DNA of 32,000 nucleotides from Nitrosococcus halophilus Nc 4. GTDB lineage: Bacteria > Pseudomonadota > Gammaproteobacteria > Nitrosococcales > Nitrosococcaceae. Below the pieces are notes generated by a model. That model was not told where the DNA came from and ran no database searches. It saw only the letters and a program-made list of their open reading frames with translations. A program made the position numbers and the translations under genes. Where the stretch lies: assembly GCF_000024725.1 (NCBI RefSeq), contig NC_013960.1, positions 672,261 through 704,260 of the forward strand, read 5' to 3'. Shown here in pieces: positions 6,951 through 13,874 of the stretch (positions are counted from its first letter, which is position 1; each line of letters begins with the position of its first letter).

Positions 6951-7982
6951 ATGGTTGGATATCAATGGCTCATTTTTAGTGTGGCGCTCATGCTTTCTCT
7001 TGATGCCGCCGCTGTAGAATCGGCTGACAGTCCAGAGCAGGGTAAGCCCTCATCAGAGGAGGCTGCGCCCGAGCATCACCATCACCATGAGCACCCAGAG
7101 GACTCGGGTGCTCAGGATAAAGGACAGTCTGCGTCGGAGTCAGAGGAAAAAACCTCAGTTCAGGCTGGAACGGAAATGCAGGCTGAAGGAGAAGCAGAAG
7201 CTGCGGCCGCTGAAGGGCCGGAGCATCACCATCACCATGAGCATGCGGCGGAGGCCGAAGATGTAAAAGTCAAGCAGCCTTCTGAGGAAGAGGCCCACAT
7301 TCATCATGAATTCAAGCATGAACACCACATGATGGATATGGATGCTAAGGGCATGGTCATGAATGAAAATACGGACAATTTGCCCCGTGATTGTCCTCAG
7401 CTTGCAGGTGATGTGGAAATTACAGTGCGAGCAGGGACTAAGTATGCCAAAGAGTTCCCGGGAACAGTGTTTGGTTTTGATAAACACGAATGGAACGTCA
7501 AGCCCTGCACGCGCATCACAGTCACCTTTATTAATGAGGATAATATTCGCCACCAATGGATGGTCCACATGTTGCCCAAATATATCTATCCTCAGGGAAT
7601 GTTTCACCTTGAGGTGGCAGGACCAGGCCGTCGAACGGGCACTTTCATCGTGCCGAGTGTGGAGAAGACCTATTTTGTCCACTGCGATATTGCTCAACAT
7701 ACGGAAAAAGGCATGAAGGCCCAACTAAAAGTAGGAAGTGGCGATCAAGATTTCCCCAGCATCCCAGGGATCACGGCGCCAAACTACCCGGATCCCTATG
7801 AAACGGAAACTAATTGGAGCACGATGGGTTCCTCGTTGGGTGCGGGTCTGGCGGGCCTTGCTCTAGCGATTGTGGGTCTGGGGCGAGTCAGGCGTAGGGC
7901 AGCGGTGAAAGAAACGGAGCAGCTACGACAAGTTTCTAAGCCGGAAGCGAAACCACGTAAGTGGTGGTCATTTGGTAAGTAA
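6951..7982 (+). CDS. His/Met-rich cupredoxin (type-1 blue copper) protein with a C-terminal membrane anchor
   Basis: ATG 6951 lies 11 nt after AAGGAGG, which is embedded in the last codons of the oxidase gene. There is a signal peptide (SLDAAA/VES). The motif PEHHHHHEH occurs twice and is followed by HIHHEFKHEHHMMDMDAKGMVM. The cupredoxin end loop is FVHCDIAQHTEKGM (C-x4-H-x4-M), with an upstream His in IRHQWMVHM. The helix LGAGLAGLALAIVGLG is followed by RVRRR. Confidence 0.8.
   Translation: MVGYQWLIFSVALMLSLDAAAVESADSPEQGKPSSEEAAPEHHHHHEHPEDSGAQDKGQSASESEEKTSVQAGTEMQAEGEAEAAAAEGPEHHHHHEHAAEAEDVKVKQPSEEEAHIHHEFKHEHHMMDMDAKGMVMNENTDNLPRDCPQLAGDVEITVRAGTKYAKEFPGTVFGFDKHEWNVKPCTRITVTFINEDNIRHQWMVHMLPKYIYPQGMFHLEVAGPGRRTGTFIVPSVEKTYFVHCDIAQHTEKGMKAQLKVGSGDQDFPSIPGITAPNYPDPYETETNWSTMGSSLGAGLAGLALAIVGLGRVRRRAAVKETEQLRQVSKPEAKPRKWWSFGK
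7071..7243 (+). repeat. Intragenic direct repeat, 23 bp, two copies (GAGCATCACCATCACCATGAGCA)
   Basis: Identical 23-mers at 7071-7093 and 7221-7243 each encode EHHHHHEH, with the same codon choice. Confidence 0.9.
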
Positions 7983-8029
7983 ATAGACTCCGGGAGTCAG
8001 CTCACTCCCGAGAGTAGTTCCTGTTTTTT

Positions 8030-8082
8030 GCCGGCGTACCTTGCACCAACCCCCCAAATGCTTGGTGACAGGGTACGCCGGC
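8030..8082. terminator. Long hairpin between convergent genes (candidate bidirectional terminator)
   Basis: GCCGGCGTACC (8030-8040) pairs with GGTACGCCGGC (8072-8082), extended by CACCAA (8044-8049) with TTGGTG (8062-8067). It lies between the cupredoxin stop (7982) and the CBS gene stop (8115). TTTTTT is immediately 5' and GTATCTTTC is 3', so the U-tract is not canonical in either direction. Confidence 0.5.
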
Positions 8083-8114
8083 GTATCTTTCTACATCAAT
8101 AAGGCCAAATTAGA

Positions 8115-8573
8115 TTAAGGCTTACTCCGCAAGCGAGACTCTTGTTCTATTTCATGTTTTACCAGCTTAACGAGATCGGTAAGCCCCTCGGCCAGCAATG
8201 CCAAGACATCATCAACCGTTAGAATCCCCTCTAGACTCCCTTTCTCGTTGACCACTGGCATCCGCCGGATACCCTGGTACCTCATCTGTTGCAGGGTGTC
8301 CCAGAGGTCTGCTTTCTCAGATATAGTGATCGCAGAGCTCATGACATCTTTCACCGTGACGGCGTCTAGGGCTATCTCCTCGGCCAGAATCTCAATGACG
8401 AGATCCCGATCAGTCACAATGCCAACAGGGATATTCTGTTCCCCTTGTTGCTCTACGACGAGTACATCCCCCACATGGTGCCGACGCATCAGTTGCGCAA
8501 CCTCTAAAATAGAGGTATCGAGTGAGGTTACGATGACTTCTCGATTGCAATATTGTCCGACTGACATGGGCAT
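8115..8573 (-). CDS. CBS domain pair protein
   Basis: 152-aa ORF with an ATG start and AGGAG upstream. There are two CBS-type repeats: HHVGDVLVVE...GIVTDRDLV and GIRRMPVVNEKGSLEGILTVDDV. Confidence 0.85.
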   Translation of the reverse strand: MPMSVGQYCNREVIVTSLDTSILEVAQLMRRHHVGDVLVVEQQGEQNIPVGIVTDRDLVIEILAEEIALDAVTVKDVMSSAITISEKADLWDTLQQMRYQGIRRMPVVNEKGSLEGILTVDDVLALLAEGLTDLVKLVKHEIEQESRLRSKP

Positions 8574-8621
8574 CTCCTTGCTACGGGATCAACTAATTGG
8601 GAGTAGGTTTTCACTATCTTC

Positions 8622-9458
8622 TCAAAATAAGAATGGCAAAATTCCATCCAGAGCACTATGGTTAAGAGCGACACGGGCTTCTGCCTGTACTTTGGGTTTA
8701 GCATGGTACGCCACACTAAGACCTGCAGCTCTTAACATTTCCAGATCATTGGCTCCATCGCCGACAGCCACTGTTTGCCGCGAGTCGATACCTAATTTCT
8801 CACACAGCATCCGCAAGAATTTTGCCTTGGCAGCCGCTCCCACGATGCCATCTACTACGGTGCCGGTAAGCCGGCTATTCTTAATTTCTAGTTGATTTGC
8901 TAGGGTATAGTCTAAATTGTATTCTTGCTTTAAACGTTCGGTGAAATAAGTAAAACCACCAGACACCAAGGCAATTTTAAGGCCGCGTTGTTTAAGTGCA
9001 GCCAGCAAGGTTTCTCCACCTGGATTGACGGCGAGCCGTTTTTCATAGATCTCGGCGAGGACATTGGCGGGGACACCCTTCAATAGCGCTACCCGTTGGA
9101 TGAGAGAAGTTTCAAAATTGATTTCACCTCGCATAGCGGCGGCAGTGATCTTGCTAACCTGGGCTTCTTTACCAACGAAGGCCGCAATTTCATTGATGCA
9201 CTCAATATTAATAAAAGTGGAATCCATGTCGGTGACTAGAAGGCGTACCTGCTCAGGGTGGTAATCCTCCGGAAGAAGATTAATATCAACACCATCATAA
9301 GTTGACCGTAGCCTCGCTAAGGTTTGAGGGGAAAACGGTTGCCTGCCATAAAGCCGGTAGCATTGCCCTTGGGGGTGAAGTTCAGTTTGGGTGTGTCGAG
9401 CAATTTGATTAGCCAGATCCAAGGTTAAGTGTGGCCCTTGAAGAATAAGGGTAGACAT
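8622..9458 (-). CDS. serB: Phosphoserine phosphatase
   Basis: 278 aa with HAD motifs VTDMDSTFINIECINEIA, LVSGGFTYF and AVGDGANDLEML. The overall layout is SerB-like. Confidence 0.85.
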   Translation of the reverse strand: MSTLILQGPHLTLDLANQIARHTQTELHPQGQCYRLYGRQPFSPQTLARLRSTYDGVDINLLPEDYHPEQVRLLVTDMDSTFINIECINEIAAFVGKEAQVSKITAAAMRGEINFETSLIQRVALLKGVPANVLAEIYEKRLAVNPGGETLLAALKQRGLKIALVSGGFTYFTERLKQEYNLDYTLANQLEIKNSRLTGTVVDGIVGAAAKAKFLRMLCEKLGIDSRQTVAVGDGANDLEMLRAAGLSVAYHAKPKVQAEARVALNHSALDGILPFLF

Positions 9459-9574
9459 GGGTGAGAGTTCTCGCTGAAATTTTTATAGATGCGGCTAAAT
9501 CATAACATTCCCTGAGGGGGATAAAGACCGACAATAGGGACTTTAGAATTTTTTATGGGAATTAACCTTGCTTC

Positions 9575-9607
9575 TTGTAGGTAAAATCTAGGGCATATAC
9601 AATGCCC
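9575..9607 (+). promoter_or_regulatory. Distal sigma70-like promoter TTGTAG-17 nt-TACAAT with an overlapping palindrome GGGCAT-ATACA-ATGCCC
   Basis: TTGTAG lies at 9575-9580 and TACAAT at 9598-9603. The inverted repeat at 9591-9607 covers the -10 element. Confidence 0.3.
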
Positions 9608-9684
9608 AACTAGTGGAAGGGTTATTGAGCTTTTCTAAATGTATATCACGAAAATAAGCATAAAAAATTCGTATTTATTATTGC

Positions 9685-9712
9685 TTGACACACATTTTGG
9701 GGATGCTACACT
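9685..9712 (+). promoter_or_regulatory. Proximal sigma70-like promoter TTGACA-16 nt-TACACT upstream of amoC
   Basis: A consensus -35 TTGACA lies at 9685-9690 and TACACT at 9707-9712. An A/T-rich UP-like stretch is at 9650-9682. The promoter predicts an amoC 5' UTR of about 150 nt. Confidence 0.45.
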
Positions 9713-9719
9713 CCCTTAC

Positions 9720-9749
9720 CAAAGGACTTATTGTAATTGCAAAGGACTT
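9720..9749 (+). repeat. Direct repeat CAAAGGACTT x2 at 20-bp spacing in the predicted amoC leader (a third CAAAGGA lies at 9774-9780)
   Basis: Exact 10-mers occur at 9720-9729 and 9740-9749. The partial third copy overlaps an AAGGAGG. Confidence 0.6.
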
Positions 9750-9871
9750 TACTCTTCCCTCGAAAAACCAGTTCAAAGGAGGGGAGAGAGGTGAGGGCCA
9801 ATCACCAGTTATGTTAAGACTGGGATGGCTTACTCGATAGAAATAGTTCAGTCAAATAGGAGGCTATCAAT

Positions 9872-10648
9872 ATGGCTGCAACTAGTAGAGCTGTTGCGGG
9901 AGTAGCTGAAGAGGAATCCCTCTTTGCCTGGAAAGGTATGTGGGGGGCCGTCGCGGCGTTCTTTATCTTCTACATCTGTGTACGTTGGTATGAAGGCGTT
10001 TACGGATGGAAGTATGGGTTGGATTCCTTTACGCCGGAATTCGAAAAATACTGGATGAATTTGCTGTACATTGAGCTCGTCGTTGAAGCGTTAGCGACTG
10101 CGGGCTTGGTGGCTTATCTGATCAAGACTCGGGATCGCAACATAGATGCTGTTCAACCCCGTGAGGAACTGCGCCGTTACTGCACCCTGTATATGTGGTG
10201 GGTTGTTTATGGTGTCGGCCTGTTCTGGGGCGCAAGCTTCTTTACCGAGCAGGATGGTACCTGGCATCAGACCGTGGTCCGGGATACGGACTTCACCCCT
10301 AGCCACATCATCGAGTTCTACATGAGCTACCCGATCTACGTTATGGTAGGCTTGGGTTCCTTCGTGTATGCCAAGACTCGTATTCCTTACTTTGCTAAGG
10401 GCTGGTCTGTGCCTTACCTGATGTTGGTGTTTGGACCCTTCATGATCTTCCCGAATGTGGGCCTGAATGAGTGGGGTCACACCTTCTGGTTCATGGAGGA
10501 GTTGTTTGTCGCACCGTTGCATTGGGGCTTTGTGTTCTTTGCTTGGTTCATCCTGGCGATGTTCGGAGTATTCTTGCAGGTCCAAGGCCGCATGCGCGAG
10601 CTGATTGGCCAGCAACTCCAGCAGAGCGCGGACTACTCCCGTAGCTGA
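9872..10648 (+). CDS. amoC: Ammonia monooxygenase subunit C
   Basis: 258-aa polytopic membrane protein with AGGAGG 7 nt upstream of the ATG. AmoC/PmoC-type blocks are FTEQDGTWHQTVVRDTDFTPSHIIEFY and NEWGHTFWFMEELFVAPLHWGF. It is first in a C-A-B order. Confidence 0.93.
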   Translation: MAATSRAVAGVAEEESLFAWKGMWGAVAAFFIFYICVRWYEGVYGWKYGLDSFTPEFEKYWMNLLYIELVVEALATAGLVAYLIKTRDRNIDAVQPREELRRYCTLYMWWVVYGVGLFWGASFFTEQDGTWHQTVVRDTDFTPSHIIEFYMSYPIYVMVGLGSFVYAKTRIPYFAKGWSVPYLMLVFGPFMIFPNVGLNEWGHTFWFMEELFVAPLHWGFVFFAWFILAMFGVFLQVQGRMRELIGQQLQQSADYSRS

Positions 10649-10688
10649 TAGCTTGTGTTGATGAGCTTTCAGTTAAAGGGTTGATTTG

Positions 10689-10737
10689 AGGCGGCCGCAA
10701 TCCAAAGATCAATTGAGGGTTCGCGGCCGCCTTTTTA
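10689..10737 (+). terminator. Strong rho-independent terminator downstream of amoC
   Basis: AGGCGGCCGC (10689-10698) pairs with GCGGCCGCCT (10723-10732). About 5 further pairs are possible (AATCC/GGGTT). The hairpin is followed directly by TTTTTATAT and starts 41 nt after the amoC stop. Confidence 0.7.
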
Positions 10738-11000
10738 TATCACCTTCTATATTCAACCCCTAGGCAGGAGGGAGTTCTGCCGAGAGCTAGAGGGGTAATG
10801 GAATTTTAATAATAACGACTTAAGGATATGTCTGCTTGTTGAGGATGGGAAAAGTGGAACCCCGAAAAAAGAAACCTTAACGAGTGGCGAAAGAATAGGC
10901 AGCAAGGAAAGCAGGCCTTAGGAATTCACGGATCTACGGACCGGTGAATGAATAATCATAATAGGATATCAAATAAAAACCCTATTTTAGGAGGGCAGAT

Positions 11001-11744
11001 ATGAGTGCACTTGCGTCTGCGGTTCGTACACCGGAGGAAGCTGCAAAGATCTCTAGAACGCTGGACCTTATCGCGTTGGGAGCGTTCTTCCTGATCTTTC
11101 TGGCTTCGTACCATGTTCACTGTATGCTTCTATTTGGCGACTGGGATTTCTGGGTCGATTGGAAAGACCGTCGCATGTGGGTCACGGTGGCTCCCATCGT
11201 GGCGATTGCTTACCCTGCCGCCATGCAGGCATTTTTCTGGGAAAAATTCCGTCTTCCCTTTGGCGCTACCATCGTGACGCTCGGGGTGCTAGCCGGTGAG
11301 TGGGCTAACCGTTACTATAACTTCTACGGTTTCACCTACTTCCCAATTAACTTCGTTTGGCCGGCCATTCTGGTACCCATGGCTTTATTCTTGGATGCCG
11401 TTCTCGTGCTGACCAAGAGCTATGGCTTGACCGCCATCGTGGGTGGGCTGTTCTACGGCTTGTTGCTTTATCCTGCAAACTGGCCGCTGTTAGCCCAGTT
11501 CCATGTTCCCGTGGAATACAATGGTTTGGTCATGTCCATTGCTGACATCATGGGGTATCACTATGTTCGGACGGGTACTCCTGAATATATCCGGATGGTC
11601 GAGAAAGGTACCCTGAGAACATTTGGTAAAGATGTCGTTCCGGTATCGGCGTTCTTCTCGGGCTTTGTTTGCATGGTCATGTACTTTACGTGGCACTTCG
11701 TCGGCCGCTGGTTCTCCAGAGACTACAACATCGATCAAGTGTAA
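11001..11744 (+). CDS. amoA: Ammonia monooxygenase subunit A
   Basis: 247 aa with AGGAGG 6 nt upstream. AmoA/PmoA signature blocks are GDWDFWVDWKDRRMWVTV, YFPINFVWP, HVPVEYNG and TGTPEYIRMVEKGTLRTFGKD. Confidence 0.95.
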   Translation: MSALASAVRTPEEAAKISRTLDLIALGAFFLIFLASYHVHCMLLFGDWDFWVDWKDRRMWVTVAPIVAIAYPAAMQAFFWEKFRLPFGATIVTLGVLAGEWANRYYNFYGFTYFPINFVWPAILVPMALFLDAVLVLTKSYGLTAIVGGLFYGLLLYPANWPLLAQFHVPVEYNGLVMSIADIMGYHYVRTGTPEYIRMVEKGTLRTFGKDVVPVSAFFSGFVCMVMYFTWHFVGRWFSRDYNIDQV

Positions 11745-11792
11745 GTTTTGGAAGATAATAATTCTAAAATCCTAAACAGAGAGACGGAGAAC

Positions 11793-13040
11793 ATGAAAGG
11801 TAATATAATGAATCGAGCCAGAAAATGGCTAGCCATCGGCTTTGCCACCGTGGTGGCATCGAGCGTCTTCTACGTCCCTACGGTAGCTGCCCACGGTGAG
11901 AAGTCACAGGCCGCCTTCCTACGGATGCGGACAATCCATTGGTATGACCTCAGATGGTCCAAGGACCAGATTGCGGTCAACGAAACCTACACCATGAGCG
12001 GCAAATTCCGTGTTTTCTCGGATTGGCCGGAAGCGGTGCGTCATCCGCACGTGTCCTTTTTGAATGTCGGTCAACCTGGACCGGTGTCCACTCGGATGTC
12101 TTCTTACATCAATGACGTGTTCGTGCCCCGTTCAGTGGGTATCGAGCTCGGCGGCGATTATAGCTTTTCGGTGGAACTCAAAGGCCGTCGTCCGGGAACT
12201 TGGCACGTCCATACGATGATGAACATCGAAGGGGGCGGTCCACTTATCGGTCCCGGCAAATATATAACCATTACGGGTAATATTGAGGACTTTGAAAACC
12301 CCATCACAGACCTGACGGGTAACACCGTTGACATCGAAAGGCTGGGTCTAGGCACCATCGTCGGTTGGCACGTGTTCTGGTATGTTTTGGGTATCGCCTG
12401 GATGTGGTGGTGGGCTCGCCGTCCCATGTTTTTACCTCGCTACATGAGAGTAGAAGCAGGGGAGGCCAATGATCTCGTCACCGATACAGACAAGAAGGTG
12501 ACCCTGGGTGTGATGGTCGGTGTCCTCGTCATCGTTCTGTATGGCTATGAAAGCGCCGAAGGTAAGCATCCCGTGACTGTTCCGTTACAGGCTGGTCTGC
12601 TAGGTGACATTGATCCGTTGCCGGTGAATTATGATGCGATGGTCTCGGTCGATGTGCTCAAGGCTAACTACCGGGTGCCAGGCCGGACTATCACAATGAA
12701 GCTTGAGGTCACTAACCACACCGATGAAGTTATTTCCATTGGTGAGTTTGCGACCGGTGGTATTCGTTTCTTGAACCCTGATGTCATTGTCGATGACACG
12801 GATTATCCGGATAATCTATTGGCACCAGAAGGGCTAGAAGTGAGCCAGCAGGATATTGCTCCGGGTGAAACGGTGGTGGTCGAAGTCGCCGGTACCGATG
12901 CGGCCTGGGAAGTCGAGCGTATGGCTGACGTTATCTACGATCCGGATAGCCGGTTTGGCGGATTGTTGTTCTTTGTCGACCCCGAAGGCAACAGAATGCC
13001 GATACCTGTTGGCGGACCGTTAGTCCCAATCTTTGTCTAA
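11793..13040 (+). CDS. amoB: Ammonia monooxygenase subunit B
   Basis: The track ORF starts at TTG 11748, only 4 nt after amoA, and that start is probably an artefact. ATG 11793 (MKGNIMNRARKW...) aligns with the PmoB N-terminus as I remember it; ATG 11808 is an alternative. The signal peptide ends VAA/HGEKSQ, so the mature N-terminal His is the conserved Cu ligand. Confidence 0.93.
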   Translation: MKGNIMNRARKWLAIGFATVVASSVFYVPTVAAHGEKSQAAFLRMRTIHWYDLRWSKDQIAVNETYTMSGKFRVFSDWPEAVRHPHVSFLNVGQPGPVSTRMSSYINDVFVPRSVGIELGGDYSFSVELKGRRPGTWHVHTMMNIEGGGPLIGPGKYITITGNIEDFENPITDLTGNTVDIERLGLGTIVGWHVFWYVLGIAWMWWWARRPMFLPRYMRVEAGEANDLVTDTDKKVTLGVMVGVLVIVLYGYESAEGKHPVTVPLQAGLLGDIDPLPVNYDAMVSVDVLKANYRVPGRTITMKLEVTNHTDEVISIGEFATGGIRFLNPDVIVDDTDYPDNLLAPEGLEVSQQDIAPGETVVVEVAGTDAAWEVERMADVIYDPDSRFGGLLFFVDPEGNRMPIPVGGPLVPIFV

Positions 13041-13108
13041 GAACGGCCTCTCCTGGCGCGTGTAGTCAAACATGCGTATAATGAGTTAAGCTGTTCGCAA
13101 TTGATAAA

Positions 13109-13145
13109 CCGACCCTTCACTCCATACATTGGGGCGAAGGGTCGG
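13109..13145 (+). terminator. Hairpin downstream of amoB (weak terminator or processing site)
   Basis: CCGACCCTTC (13109-13118) pairs with GAAGGGTCGG (13136-13145) around a 17-nt loop, followed by CCTATTCTTATCTATC. The tail is T-rich but has no clean U-run. Confidence 0.4.
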
Positions 13146-13233
13146 CCTATTCTTATCTATCTGTAGCTCAGACTCTAAAGCTCTGAAGTTGCATTTCATG
13201 CCAATCCCTCAAAGCTAAAAAGGGTATTAGCTA

Positions 13234-13794
13234 ATGAAGAGAGTACTATTTAGCTGCTTTGCATTATTTGGATTGTTACTCGTCAATACCTCCGCCATGG
13301 CCCATGGGGGGGGAGGAATCGAAGCGGATAAGTGTGTTGTTAATATCGGTAATTATCGGATGCACTTTACCGCTTATCAGCCGGAAACCATTGGCGGGGA
13401 AGAGTTGTGCTGGGATTTACCGACCGCCGGAAATTCCATTTTAGTTTTTGATTTGGTGGAAAGGGTGCTGCGTGATCGGCCTGTGGAAATTCGGGTTGTG
13501 GAAGAGCAGGAAACCGCCTCGGGTCCGTCAAATTATAAAACTATAGTGGAGCGGCCTGTTCAAATGTACCCCAAAGGGACTATTGAACTTGAGGCTGCTT
13601 TTGCTAAGCCGGGAGAATACACCGCAGTTGTCACCCTTGGCGGTGATCAGCCGCTGGTGTTCAAAGCGCCACTTCGAGTTGCTCTTCAAGGAGAGCAGAC
13701 CACCCAGTGGATTGCCTCGATCGCTTTTGCCGCTGTTATTATAGGGGCCATGGTTTGGTTTAACCGCCGCGGTAAAAAGGAAGCGAACGCGTAG
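13234..13794 (+). CDS. amoD: AmoD/PmoD-family periplasmic copper protein with a C-terminal TM helix
   Basis: 186 aa. The signal peptide ends SAMA/HGGGG, there is a Cys-x8-Met-His segment (CVVNIGNYRMH), and the C-terminal helix is WIASIAFAAVIIGAMVWF followed by NRRGKK. Its position directly after amoCAB matches the orf5/amoD described for Nitrosococcus. Confidence 0.7.
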   Translation: MKRVLFSCFALFGLLLVNTSAMAHGGGGIEADKCVVNIGNYRMHFTAYQPETIGGEELCWDLPTAGNSILVFDLVERVLRDRPVEIRVVEEQETASGPSNYKTIVERPVQMYPKGTIELEAAFAKPGEYTAVVTLGGDQPLVFKAPLRVALQGEQTTQWIASIAFAAVIIGAMVWFNRRGKKEANA

Positions 13795-13874
13795 CAGCCC
13801 AGCATTTTTTTAATAATATTTACAATAGCCAGTGTTGGGGCATCGGGGAGAATTCATAAATTCATAGGGGAATT

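Noticed and set aside
10885-10900. A sigma54-like TGGCGA-N5-TAGGC in the amoC-amoA spacer.
   Set aside because: The GG and GC elements are misspaced by one nucleotide, and the -12 element is TAGG rather than TTGC. It is not supportable.
11748-11792. TTG-initiated N-terminal extension of amoB (MEDNNSKILNRETEN...).
   Set aside because: It starts 4 nt after the amoA stop with a non-ATG codon and no SD. The extension is hydrophilic and would bury the signal peptide. ATG 11793 gives an N-terminus collinear with PmoB.
13054-13082. A perfect TATAAT (13077-13082) downstream of amoB as an amoD promoter.
   Set aside because: There is no acceptable -35 at 16-18 nt (TGGCGC or GGCGCG). The site also lies upstream of the amoB-distal hairpin, so I could not support it as a promoter from sequence alone.
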